Source: Aggregatilineales bacterium
GTDB taxonomy: Bacteria; Chloroflexota; Anaerolineae; Aggregatilineales; Phototrophicaceae
DNA length: 64,000 bases
Reading direction: 5' to 3'
Assembly: GCA_965214515.1 (NCBI GenBank)
Contig: OZ243955.1
Span: 2,657,773 to 2,721,772 of the forward strand
The first letter of the stretch is position 1. The number at the start of each line of letters is the position of its first letter. The position numbers were made by a program, and so were the translations under genes. The notes under the pieces were generated by a model. It searched no databases and was not told where the DNA came from. It saw nothing but the letters and a program-made list of their open reading frames with translations. Positions 8,667 to 18,212 of the stretch are shown here, one piece after another.

Positions 8667-10055
8667 ATGTTCAACTGGCTAAGCAACTGGTTCAGGGTTC
8701 GGCGCAAGCGGCTGCGGCTCCAGGCGCCACATATCGAAAGGGTGGCGGCGCACAGCAGCTTTCATCTCAATCCAGCGCTGGATGTCCACTCGGCGCAGGT
8801 CTACGAAGGTTCGCCTTGGGTTTATATCGCCATCAATCGCATTGCCGAAGCGGGCGCACTGGTGCCGCTGCGGGTGTTTAAGCTGGAAGGCGAAGCTCGA
8901 ATCGGCATCGAGAATCATCCCCTGGAGCGATTATTCAGCAATCCCAATCCACTGACCAGCCGCTTTGAATTGTTTGAACAAACGTTGGGGTCGCTGGAAC
9001 TGCATGGCAATGCCTACTGGTTTCTCGTCGGTGATTCGCTGGGGAAGCCGCGTGAAATCTGGGTGCTGCGGCCTGACCGCGTGACGATTGTGCCGCACAA
9101 GACGCAGGTGGTGGGCGGCTATCTGTACGAGATTGACGGTCAGCACATCCCGCTGGATGTGATGGAGGTCATTCATTTTCGGCGCTGGCATCCCGCCAAC
9201 GATTATTATGGCCTGTCGCCTATTGCCGCAGCCCGCAACGCGGTTCTCAGTGACAAGCACATGGCAGACTGGAATCGCAAGGCCTTTGGCCGGGACAATG
9301 GCGTGCCAGCCGGCATCGTCAATATCTCTGATTTTATCTCTGATACCGATTTTGAGCGCATCAAACGCGAGTGGCGCAGCAATTATGGCGGCACCGAGCG
9401 CAGAACCGCCTTTCTGCGGGGCGGGGCGGTCACCTGGCAGAACATCGGCCTGACGCACAGCGACCTTGATTTCTTGCAGGGGCGCCAGGCACAGCGCGAT
9501 GAAATCCTGAACATCTTCGGCATTCCAGTCGGGCTGGTCAGCGAGAACGCCACCGAAGCCAATGCCAAAGTTGCCGAACGGCTGTTTATCGAGCGCACCC
9601 TCTATCCCAAACTGGTGCGGATGGCCCAAAAAATCAGCCAGGAGATGCTGCCTTTTTATGGCGAGGGTCTTATCGCTGAATACGATGATATTCGCCCGAC
9701 CGATACGCAGGCGCGGCTGGACGAAATCCGCACCGCCTATCCCCTGCTGAGCATCAACGAATTGCGAGCGACCTATTATCAGCTGCCGCCAGTTGCCTGG
9801 GGCAATGTCCCGATGGGCATGAACCCGCCAGCAAGCGAGCCGAAACCGCCGGCCAAATCGGTACTCGAGGAATTGACCCAATGGGAACGTTTTGCGCTCA
9901 ATCGGCTGCGCCAGCCCCAATCGCGCCCCTTTGAAGTCACGGCGGTGCCGGATGAATTGGCTTTTGAGGTATCGGCTGGCTTGCTCTTTGCTGGTGACAG
10001 GCAGGCGGTCAAGGCGGTCTTTGCGGCGGCGCGGGAGGGGGCTGCCTCTAAATAA
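8667..10055 (+). CDS. Phage portal protein, HK97 family (isolated gene)
   Basis: 462 aa. The N-terminal region (...SPWVYIAINRIAEAGALVPLRVFK...HPLERLFSNPNP...LELHGNAYWFL) and overall length are typical of HK97-type portals. AGAGGAG lies upstream of the ATG. No other phage morphogenesis genes are adjacent. Confidence 0.75.
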   Translation: MFNWLSNWFRVRRKRLRLQAPHIERVAAHSSFHLNPALDVHSAQVYEGSPWVYIAINRIAEAGALVPLRVFKLEGEARIGIENHPLERLFSNPNPLTSRFELFEQTLGSLELHGNAYWFLVGDSLGKPREIWVLRPDRVTIVPHKTQVVGGYLYEIDGQHIPLDVMEVIHFRRWHPANDYYGLSPIAAARNAVLSDKHMADWNRKAFGRDNGVPAGIVNISDFISDTDFERIKREWRSNYGGTERRTAFLRGGAVTWQNIGLTHSDLDFLQGRQAQRDEILNIFGIPVGLVSENATEANAKVAERLFIERTLYPKLVRMAQKISQEMLPFYGEGLIAEYDDIRPTDTQARLDEIRTAYPLLSINELRATYYQLPPVAWGNVPMGMNPPASEPKPPAKSVLEELTQWERFALNRLRQPQSRPFEVTAVPDELAFEVSAGLLFAGDRQAVKAVFAAAREGAASK

Positions 10056-11514
10056 GCCGATTCACCCCGTCGAAGGCGGCTGTCTTGTAGCATTCGGCCA
10101 GGGTCGGATAATTGAAGACGGTATTGATAAAATAATCCACCGTACTGCCGAAGGCCATCACCGTCTGTCCGATATGAATCAGTTCGCTGGCGCCTTCGCC
10201 TATGATGTGCACCCCGAGCAGCTTGTGATTCTCGCGGTGGAAAATCAGCTTGAGCATACCGATGGTGTCGCCCAGGATTTGCCCGCGTGCGATTTCCTTG
10301 TAGTAGGCTTTGCCGACCTCGTAGGGGATGCCCTGGCGGGTCAGTTCCTCTTCGTTAGCGCCGACTGTCGAGATTTCGGGGATGGCATAGATGCCATAGG
10401 GAAACAATTCGGGGAAGCTCTGATGCTCCATCCCGAAGGCGTGGGTCGCTGCCATGCGCCCCTGTTCCATCGAGGTGGATGCCAGACTGGGGAAGCCGAT
10501 GACATCCCCGACGGCATAGATGTTGGGAAGGTGGGTCTGATAATTCTCGTTGACCTGGATGCGGCCGCGCTTGTCTGGCTTGATGCCGATATTTTCCAGC
10601 CCCAGTTTTGTTGTGGCGCCCTGCCGTCCAATCGCATACAGCGTCATTTCGGTGACAATCTCCTTGCCGCTTTCGAGGCAGGTTTTGACGCCGCTGCCAT
10701 AACGTGTCTCGCAAGGGCTGATGCTTTTGACCTGTTCGCCCAGGCGCAGCGTCACGCGCTGCTGGCGCATGTGATAGACCAGCGCATCCACAATTTCATG
10801 GTCAATAAACCCCAGCAGGCGCTCCTGCATTTCGACCATGGTCACGCGCACGCCCAGCGTCGCAAACATACAGGCATATTCGCAGCCAATCACGCCGCCA
10901 CCGACGACGGTCAGCGTCCGCGGCAGGTGGTCGAGCTTGAGCAAGCCGTCGCTGGTGAAAATGGTGTGTCCGTCAAAGGGGATGTGGTCGGGTTTGGCGA
11001 CGGTTGTCCCGGTGGCAATCATAATGTAGCGCGTGGTCAGTTCGTCTTCACCGATTTTATCAACAAAGTTGAGATGCACTGTATGCTGATTGACGATGGT
11101 GGCGATGCCGGCGAACAGGGTGACGCCATTTCGCTGGAGTTGGTGCTTGTTGATTTCAATCTCATGGCGAATGACATGATCCGCTCGCAGCAGCAGGTCG
11201 TTCATGGTGATGTGCTGCTTGACCTGATAAGACGCGCCATAGATGGACCGCTGCCGAAAGCCCGACAGATGCAGCACCGCCTCGCGCAGGGTTTTGGAGG
11301 GAATCGTGCCTGTGTTGACGGAGACGCCGCCGATGAGGGTTTTCTTTTCGATGACGGCGACTCGTTTGCCCAGCTTTGCCGATTGGATGGCGGCGCGATG
11401 CCCGGCAGGCCCCGAGCCGATGATGATGATGTCATAATCGTAGCGGCGGGGTTTGCCGGCCATCTTGGGCTTCTGCTTGGGTTGAGGCTTCGCTAAGGCA
11501 GTTTTTTCCGACAT
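10048..11514 (-). CDS. sthA: Soluble pyridine nucleotide transhydrogenase (Si-specific NAD(P)+ transhydrogenase)
   Basis: Two dinucleotide-binding folds (IIIIGSGPAGHRAA; VVGGGVIGCEYA). GGVSVNTGTIPSK replaces the redox-active CxxxxC of lipoamide dehydrogenases, as in SthA. Confidence 0.8.
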   Translation of the reverse strand: MSEKTALAKPQPKQKPKMAGKPRRYDYDIIIIGSGPAGHRAAIQSAKLGKRVAVIEKKTLIGGVSVNTGTIPSKTLREAVLHLSGFRQRSIYGASYQVKQHITMNDLLLRADHVIRHEIEINKHQLQRNGVTLFAGIATIVNQHTVHLNFVDKIGEDELTTRYIMIATGTTVAKPDHIPFDGHTIFTSDGLLKLDHLPRTLTVVGGGVIGCEYACMFATLGVRVTMVEMQERLLGFIDHEIVDALVYHMRQQRVTLRLGEQVKSISPCETRYGSGVKTCLESGKEIVTEMTLYAIGRQGATTKLGLENIGIKPDKRGRIQVNENYQTHLPNIYAVGDVIGFPSLASTSMEQGRMAATHAFGMEHQSFPELFPYGIYAIPEISTVGANEEELTRQGIPYEVGKAYYKEIARGQILGDTIGMLKLIFHRENHKLLGVHIIGEGASELIHIGQTVMAFGSTVDYFINTVFNYPTLAECYKTAAFDGVNRLI

Positions 11515-11596
11515 AGATTCACCTTGTCCATTGCCAGCTTTTCACCTATAAGCATAGCGCAAAAAAGGGTGCCACTGCAAGTCGCGCGGCGGCTTC

Positions 11597-12274
11597 TCAC
11601 TCGCGCAGCACGATTTGCAGAATCTCGCCTGTATGGACGTTTGCTGTGAAATAGCGTCCATCTGGCAGCTGAAGGATGCTGTTGTTGGCTTGCAAGGGGC
11701 TTTGATTGGCGGGCAGCCCGCTTGAAAGCTGCGTCACGGTCTCGTAGATGCCGTCCGCGTCGGTGTCTTGCAGCTGAGTGAGTTGTCTCTCGTTGATGAC
11801 GATAAGCGCATCCCCGCGCAGCCATAAACCGGATACCTGCCCGATGTCCCCGTTGCGGTCCTCGAATATCAAGCGGTTCGCGTCGACCACGCCATCGGCA
11901 TTGCTGTCTTCCAGGCGATAGATTTCACCCGCACGCAGACTCACCAGCAGCTGCCCTTGGGCATCAAATGCCAATGCCGTGATGCTGTTGAGGCGGTCGC
12001 TGTCGATCGGCACAGCACCATAAACCGTCGTCTCCGCTGCTGACGCGATAAATGGGCTGGCTTCGGCTGTCGACACAGGCTCATCGGTGACCTCGTGCCG
12101 CGCTGTGATGGCTGCGGCTGGTTCAAGCTGGAAAGCCGCCACGCGGCTATCGACTGTGGCGGCAAGGTTCGCTTCCATGCGGGCGGTTGCCTGTGCATTG
12201 CGCTGATTGAGTTCAATGGCGCTGCAACCCGCCAGCGCCATAGCCAGGATGACAAAGATGAAGCGCCCCGCCAT
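11597..12274 (-). CDS. Lipoprotein with beta-propeller-like repeats, function unknown
   Basis: Lipobox LAMALAGCSA. Repeated DxDGxxD-containing strands (DSNADGVVD, DTDADGIYE) resemble blades of soluble sugar dehydrogenase-like propellers. Confidence 0.55.
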   Translation of the reverse strand: MAGRFIFVILAMALAGCSAIELNQRNAQATARMEANLAATVDSRVAAFQLEPAAAITARHEVTDEPVSTAEASPFIASAAETTVYGAVPIDSDRLNSITALAFDAQGQLLVSLRAGEIYRLEDSNADGVVDANRLIFEDRNGDIGQVSGLWLRGDALIVINERQLTQLQDTDADGIYETVTQLSSGLPANQSPLQANNSILQLPDGRYFTANVHTGEILQIVLRE

Positions 12275-12294
12275 TCAGCATCTTCCTGACATCA

Positions 12295-13686
12295 TCAGAC
12301 GGGCGGCGCCGCCGTCAGGATGAAGAAGATGATAAAAACAGCGAAGCCGCCCAGCGTGCCCAGGAATGCTAAGGGCTGATAGGCTGCCGGCGGGCTTTCC
12401 TCCAAAACAGCAAGCTCTTGTTTTGACATCATCCAATCGGCAATCTGGTGGCTCAGCCAACTTATGCCGATGCCCGTCACGAGGATGGCAAGGGCATAGG
12501 CCAGTGGGTGCGATGGCTCGATGGCGTACAGCCCCCGAATCAGGGGCAAATTGACAAGCATCGCCAGCACAGCAGCCAGCGCGGTGCCCAACCAGCCCGG
12601 CGCCTGCTGGCGGATAGAAACCGAGAAGAAATTCCATATATCAATCGCAATCAGGGGCAGCAGGGCGATAATCCAGGTCACATAGTGCAATTCCGATGCC
12701 GCCAGCAACTCAATCAAGCCGTAGCGGATGCCCAGGGCAATGAGTCCAACCAGAGTCGCGGCGCCCACACAGCGCAGGACGCGGGTCGCCAGCACCCCTA
12801 CGAAGGTCACTGTTCCCAGCAAAATCGCTGCCATCATCCATTCGGGACGATAGAGACCCAAGGATCCCCGTGCGTTGCCCACCAGAATCTGGTCCCAATC
12901 GATCATCAGCACTTGAAGCCAGGTGAGCGTGATGCCGGCAAACATAAGCAGGGGCAATATATCAGCAAAGCGAATTTTCAGGATGCTGCGCCATTCGCCA
13001 ATTTGGATGGTGGACAGATGCGCCAGCGCTGCCAGCAGCATGAGCATCGCGGTGCTAAGCAGTAACAGTAGATGCGGCACGCTCCAGGCCGACAGGTCTT
13101 CGCCATAAATGGCGTGCCAGATAGGGTCTGACGGCAGGGCGTAAATCAAAAAGGCGGCTTGAAGGATGAGCAGGCCGATGATGGTATTGGAACGGAAGCG
13201 CTGTTGGAAAGTGCCTTTCAGGTGATGGTTGAGGTAAAACAGCGCCCAGAAGCCGGTCAGGATGCCAGTAGCGAATCCAAAATACATCAGCAGGTGGGGA
13301 CGCCAAAAGAAGTCTTCGCCCAGGGGGATGCCGTAGCGCCGATGCCATAATTCATCCCAGACAGCACCGACGACCATTGCCATGGCGCCGCCTGCCAGCA
13401 GCAGAGAGATGCGCCGCTGAAGTTTAACCGACAGTGTGTCGGCGCGTATCCGCTTTTTTAGCGGTCGGGCGAGCAAGTGCCATACCATCAAGATATAGCC
13501 GCAGGTCACGATGAACAGGATAGCAATCTGTATCCAGAAGGACACAGCCCGTGAATCGTTTGGGAGGCCTCCCCAAGCTGTGAAGGCAACGAATAAAAGA
13601 AAACTGGCGGATGCGACCAAGCTCCAACTCAGGCGCTTTTGTGTTCTTTCAGTCAGCGAGAGCATAAGATTCACCCCTATGAACAA
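12295..13686 (-). CDS. Polytopic integral membrane protein, function unknown
   Basis: 463-aa ORF with about 12 hydrophobic segments and coding-like codon usage. No recognisable catalytic motif. Confidence 0.6.
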   Translation of the reverse strand: MFIGVNLMLSLTERTQKRLSWSLVASASFLLFVAFTAWGGLPNDSRAVSFWIQIAILFIVTCGYILMVWHLLARPLKKRIRADTLSVKLQRRISLLLAGGAMAMVVGAVWDELWHRRYGIPLGEDFFWRPHLLMYFGFATGILTGFWALFYLNHHLKGTFQQRFRSNTIIGLLILQAAFLIYALPSDPIWHAIYGEDLSAWSVPHLLLLLSTAMLMLLAALAHLSTIQIGEWRSILKIRFADILPLLMFAGITLTWLQVLMIDWDQILVGNARGSLGLYRPEWMMAAILLGTVTFVGVLATRVLRCVGAATLVGLIALGIRYGLIELLAASELHYVTWIIALLPLIAIDIWNFFSVSIRQQAPGWLGTALAAVLAMLVNLPLIRGLYAIEPSHPLAYALAILVTGIGISWLSHQIADWMMSKQELAVLEESPPAAYQPLAFLGTLGGFAVFIIFFILTAAPPV

Positions 13687-13806
13687 ACGCGGTCGCGGCC
13701 ATTATAACATATTATTCGATACGAAGCCAAGCAGAAATGAGGGTCTAATGAAAGTTTAATGGCAGGTTCAATCGGGCTGCCTGGCTGCCTATAGGGTGGA
13801 TAAATC

Positions 13807-13815
13807 TGGTACAAT
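13807..13815 (+). promoter_or_regulatory. Putative extended -10 promoter element (TGGTACAAT) upstream of tsaD
   Basis: A TGn-TACAAT match lies 38 nt upstream of the tsaD ATG, in the divergent intergenic region. Confidence 0.3.
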
Positions 13816-13852
13816 AGCGTCATTGGAACATCCATAGGGAAAACCAGCGTTT

Positions 13853-14920
13853 ATGACCCTCATTCTGGCAATCGAAAGCTCTTGTGATGAGACTGCCGCG
13901 GCGGTTGTCACCCAAGGCAGAACCATCAACTCTAACATCGTCGCCTCGCAAATCGACCTGCATGCCCAATATGGCGGCGTCTTCCCCGAAGTGGCATCGC
14001 GTGCCCATGCTGAAGTCATTGGCGCGGTGGTCAATCAGGCGATGGATGAGGCCGGCATAAGCTACAGCCAACTGGATGCCATCGCTGTGACCCAGGGGCC
14101 GGGTCTGGTGGGCTCCTTGCTGGTGGGGATAAGCTATGCCAAGGGGCTGGCGCTGGCGGCTGATAAACCTCTGCTGGGCATCAACCATCTGGAGGGTCAT
14201 GTCTATTCCCTTTGGCTGAGGCCACCCTTCCTCGACGTGGTCTTTCCTGTCGTTGTGCTAATTGTCTCTGGCGGACACAGCGAACTGGTGCTGATGACCG
14301 CGCATGGCGAATACAGGCGGCTGGGCGGCACGATAGACGATGCGGCGGGCGAGGCATTTGATAAAGTCGGGCGATTGCTGGGCTTGCCCTTCCCTGGCGG
14401 GCCGGCGATTGAACAGGCGGCGCAGACAGGCAGCGTCAGCGCCTATCATTTCCCGCGTGCCAAGCGCGACGACAGCTATGATTTCAGCTTTAGCGGTGTC
14501 AAGACGGCGGTCATGCGCCGGGTCATGGTTCAGCCATTGGGGAAAAACCGCGCCCATCGCCAGGGCGGCGCCGAAAAACGGGCGCAGCTGCGCTCGGATG
14601 TCTGGGTTAATGATGTGGCGGCATCCTTTCAGCAGGCGGTGACGGATGTGCTGGTGGAGAAAACCGTTCGCGCGGCGAATGCGTATGGGGCGACCGAGAT
14701 TTTTCTTTGCGGCGGTGTCAGCGCCAATCAAATGCTACGGCAAAAGATGCGCGGCCAAACCGAATTGCCCCTGCGTTATCCGCCCTTGTCCCTGTGTACT
14801 GACAATGCGGCCATGATTGCGGCGGCGGCGCACTTCCGTTTCCTGGAGGGACACCGCAGTCGGCTTGACCTCGAAGCCCGCGCCATGTGGCCTTTGTCCG
14901 AGCAGACCTACGCCGATTGA
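13853..14920 (+). CDS. tsaD: tRNA N6-adenosine threonylcarbamoyltransferase
   Basis: N-terminus ILAIESSCDETAAAVV, the metal site INHLEGH, and a length of ~355 aa. Confidence 0.93.
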   Translation: MTLILAIESSCDETAAAVVTQGRTINSNIVASQIDLHAQYGGVFPEVASRAHAEVIGAVVNQAMDEAGISYSQLDAIAVTQGPGLVGSLLVGISYAKGLALAADKPLLGINHLEGHVYSLWLRPPFLDVVFPVVVLIVSGGHSELVLMTAHGEYRRLGGTIDDAAGEAFDKVGRLLGLPFPGGPAIEQAAQTGSVSAYHFPRAKRDDSYDFSFSGVKTAVMRRVMVQPLGKNRAHRQGGAEKRAQLRSDVWVNDVAASFQQAVTDVLVEKTVRAANAYGATEIFLCGGVSANQMLRQKMRGQTELPLRYPPLSLCTDNAAMIAAAAHFRFLEGHRSRLDLEARAMWPLSEQTYAD

Positions 14921-15002
14921 ATGCAATCCAGAGCTGCGCCAAAAGGCCTGATTTTGTGTACAATCTGATGACCTATCTCGTCCGCGAAATCAAAGGAAGA
15001 GC

Positions 15003-16313
15003 ATGAGCAAATTGTCCATCGGCATCATCGGCGCCGGCGCGACCGGCCTGGCGGCCGCCTGGGATTTCGCCAATGGGGGGCATGAGGTCACCATCTATGA
15101 AGCTGGCGACCGCGTCGGTGGCTTGGCGGCCGGTTTCAAGGATGAGCGCTGGGATTGGACGCTGGAGAAGTTTTATCATCATTGGTTTGCGACCGACCAT
15201 GACATTCTTGGCTTGGCAGCGGAAATGGGCGTGCGCGACAGCATCATCTTCCCGCGTCCCAAGACAAGTTACTGGCTGGATGGCAAACCGGTCCGCAGCG
15301 AAATTTCGCCTTCGGCTCTCTTGCTGCCGCTGCCCTTTATGTCGACCCTGCGCATGGGTTTGGCGGGGATGGCTGTCAAACTGTCGCCCTGGTGGCAGCC
15401 CTTTGAAAGAGTCACTGCCGATGCCTGGATGCGCCGCTGGATGGGAAGGGAAGCCTATGAGAAATTCTTTCAGCCGCTGCTGATTGGCAAGTTTGCCGAG
15501 CAGTATGCCACTGTGCCGATGTCCTTTATGTGGGCGCGGATTGTCAAGCGCACCCTCAAATTAGGCACGTACAGAGGCGGTTTTCAGGCTTTTCTTGATG
15601 AACTGGCGCGGCAGCTGGTGGCGAAGGGCGTCATCATTCGGCTGCATACGCGGGCTGAGCGCATCTGCTTGCAGAGCGGGAAACCATCGCTCGGCATTCA
15701 CGGGGAAACCCGCTCATTTGACCGCCTTCTCAGCACCACCTCGCCGCGCCTGATGCTGCGCCTGACCGATGGCTTAGCGGCGACGGCTTATGGCAAACAG
15801 CTTGCTGAGCTCAAAAGCATTGGCGGATTATGCGTCGTCCTGGCGCTCAAAAAGCCGCTCATGCCTGATGATACGTACTGGCTCAATCTGCCAGCGACCA
15901 CAGCCGACAAATCCCAAAGCGATTTTCCGTTTTTGGCACTGGTCGAGCATACGAACTATATTCCGCGTGAGCATTATGGCGGCGACCATATCATTTACTG
16001 TGGCGATTATGTGCCGCCCGACCATGAGTATTTTCGATTGAGCGAGGCAGCGCTGGTGGAACGTTTCCTGCCGTCCCTGCGGAAAATCAATCCTGATTTC
16101 GGGCAGGACTGGGTTCGCAGGTGGTGGGTGTGGCGGGCGCCTTATGCGCAACCGGTGCCCGAGGTGCATCACAGTCGGAACATCCCCGACCTGGCGACGC
16201 CGCTGCGGGGCATTTATTGGGCGAGCATGTCGCAGGTCTATCCTTGGGACCGCGGCACCAATTACGCCGTCGAGATTGGACGGCGGGCTGCCAGACGCGC
16301 CTTGGAGGGATGA
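15003..16313 (+). CDS. FAD/NAD(P)-dependent oxidoreductase (amine oxidase / phytoene desaturase-like)
   Basis: N-terminal GxGxxG fold IGIIGAGATGLAAAWDF...YEAGDRVGG. Length 436 aa. Confidence 0.75.
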   Translation: MSKLSIGIIGAGATGLAAAWDFANGGHEVTIYEAGDRVGGLAAGFKDERWDWTLEKFYHHWFATDHDILGLAAEMGVRDSIIFPRPKTSYWLDGKPVRSEISPSALLLPLPFMSTLRMGLAGMAVKLSPWWQPFERVTADAWMRRWMGREAYEKFFQPLLIGKFAEQYATVPMSFMWARIVKRTLKLGTYRGGFQAFLDELARQLVAKGVIIRLHTRAERICLQSGKPSLGIHGETRSFDRLLSTTSPRLMLRLTDGLAATAYGKQLAELKSIGGLCVVLALKKPLMPDDTYWLNLPATTADKSQSDFPFLALVEHTNYIPREHYGGDHIIYCGDYVPPDHEYFRLSEAALVERFLPSLRKINPDFGQDWVRRWWVWRAPYAQPVPEVHHSRNIPDLATPLRGIYWASMSQVYPWDRGTNYAVEIGRRAARRALEG

Positions 16314-16397
16314 GCCGCGCTGGATGTGCGGAAGCAGGCAGTTTTTGTGCGTTTGAAGGTTTCTGAAGCGAGGGGTCTGTTGTATCCTATAAGCTGA

Positions 16398-18212
16398 ATG
16401 TCAGCCGCCTTGCTCTGGCGGCGAGCAGATGGAGTCAAAAACGGCATGTCCGAAGCGGAAACCCCTACATTCAACGCGGTGAATGAACTGCGGCAGCTTG
16501 AGGGCCTCCTTGAGCAGGTATCGGCGGCGCTGGCGGCACAGCGAGAATTGCTGCGGCGGCATGGGCTGGCGATGCCGACGAAGATACTCGACAGCGCGAG
16601 CCGCATCCAACAGGATTTCAAGCGGCTGGAAAAGACCATCCTGGCAGACCAAACCGAGCTTCAGCAGCTGCGGGCGCTGGCGGATATGTCCGTCAGAATG
16701 ACGAACTCACTGGATATTGATACGGTGCTGCAAGAAACCATGGAGCTGGTCATCGTGCTGACCCAGGCCGAGCGGGGCTATATCATCCTCAAGAATGATG
16801 ACACGGGGGAATTGGAATTTCGGATAAGCAGCGAGAGCGGCGTTTTAGGCACAAGCGCGACTGGGGGCGCAGTCCCGCAGATTAGCATGTCGGTTGTTGC
16901 TGAGGTGATGAATACCCGTGAGCCGCTGCTGGCGGACAATGCCTATCAGGATGAGCGTCTGGCGAGCAATCAGAGCATCATCAACTTTACCCTGCGTTCG
17001 GTGCTTTGCGTGCCGCTGCAATACAAAGACGAGACCATTGGCGTTGTTTATGTCGATAATCGCCTGCTTGCGGGCCTCTTCACCGAGCGCGAAAAGACGC
17101 TGCTGCTGGCTTTTGCCAATACGGCGGCGGTAGCGATTGCCAATGCCCGCATGTACACCCGCACCGAGCAGATTCTGGTGGAAATCACCCGCGTGAAAGA
17201 GTTGATGGACAACATTTTTTCATCGCTAGGCAGCGGCATCATTGCGACCGACTCCGATGATTTGGTGCGAACCTTTAACCGCGCCGCCAGCGAGATTTTG
17301 AACCTTGCCCCGGATGCTGCGGTTGGCAGCACGGTCGAGCAGGTGCTTCAGAGCGCCATTTTCCAGCTGCCTGACCAATTGGATTGGGTCAAGGAGAGGG
17401 ATATGGAGCAGACCCTGGAGCTTCATGCGGAATTGCCGGGGCGCGGGCGGGTCGCGCTGAACCTGTCTTTATCGCCCTTGAAAGACAGCAGCGATATGAC
17501 GCAGGGCTTGACTGTGGTGATGGATGATGTCACCTATTTGCATGAACACGAAACCACCATCAACGCCATGAAGCGCATCCTGCCCGAAAGCATGGTTGAC
17601 CAGATTAACGAAATCGCCAATATCGAGATGGGGGGGATGCGCCGCGAAGTGACCTGCGTCTTTGGGGATGTGCGCCCGCTGACGACGCTGGCGGCGGTCA
17701 CACCCAGCGAAAAGCTGAAAATTATCAACCAGTATCAGGCGATTGCGACTGACTGCATCCATGAATGCGGCGGGATTATCGATAAATATATGGGCAATGA
17801 GGTGATGGCGCTCTTCAATACGCAGCTTAATCCGCAACAGAACCATGCACAGCAGGCGCTGGAATGCAGCCTGTTGATGCGTGACCGCTTTATCGAACTG
17901 TATCGGGAGTTGGATATTGACCCCGACCCGCATTATTATATCATCGGGATGTTCACGGGCGAGGCGACCCTGGGCAATGTCGGCAGTTTCAATCGGCGTG
18001 AATTCACGGCCTTAGGGCATACCATCAACACGGCTAGGCGCGTGCAGGAAAACGCCGCGCCGGGCAGCATCACCATCGCACAGCAGACCCTAGAGCATAT
18101 CCGTAAAAATAGCAAGGGCATCATGCCTTACGAGTTCTGTGAGCGTGCGCTCATCTTTGGCAAGGGAATCTCGCAGGGTATGCGGGCATACGAGGTCTAT
18201 CGCAGTCAATGA
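16398..18212 (+). CDS. Coiled-coil / GAF / PAS / class III nucleotidyl cyclase protein (paralog 1; second metal Asp replaced)
   Basis: GAF core (AERGYIILKNDDTGELEF...VLCVPL), a PAS-like middle and a C-terminal cyclase domain. The cyclase has VFGDV (first Asp present), DKYMGNEVMALF (GD changed to GN) and GHTINTARRVQ (Asn and Arg present). Alternative start at 16446. Confidence 0.85.
   Translation: MSAALLWRRADGVKNGMSEAETPTFNAVNELRQLEGLLEQVSAALAAQRELLRRHGLAMPTKILDSASRIQQDFKRLEKTILADQTELQQLRALADMSVRMTNSLDIDTVLQETMELVIVLTQAERGYIILKNDDTGELEFRISSESGVLGTSATGGAVPQISMSVVAEVMNTREPLLADNAYQDERLASNQSIINFTLRSVLCVPLQYKDETIGVVYVDNRLLAGLFTEREKTLLLAFANTAAVAIANARMYTRTEQILVEITRVKELMDNIFSSLGSGIIATDSDDLVRTFNRAASEILNLAPDAAVGSTVEQVLQSAIFQLPDQLDWVKERDMEQTLELHAELPGRGRVALNLSLSPLKDSSDMTQGLTVVMDDVTYLHEHETTINAMKRILPESMVDQINEIANIEMGGMRREVTCVFGDVRPLTTLAAVTPSEKLKIINQYQAIATDCIHECGGIIDKYMGNEVMALFNTQLNPQQNHAQQALECSLLMRDRFIELYRELDIDPDPHYYIIGMFTGEATLGNVGSFNRREFTALGHTINTARRVQENAAPGSITIAQQTLEHIRKNSKGIMPYEFCERALIFGKGISQGMRAYEVYRSQ

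Noticed and set aside
13757-13795. GGTTCAATC, resembling a tRNA T-loop, in the tsaD upstream intergenic region.
   Set aside because: The flanking bases do not form a T-stem (GCAGG is followed by GGGCT after the loop). No acceptor or anticodon arms can be drawn.
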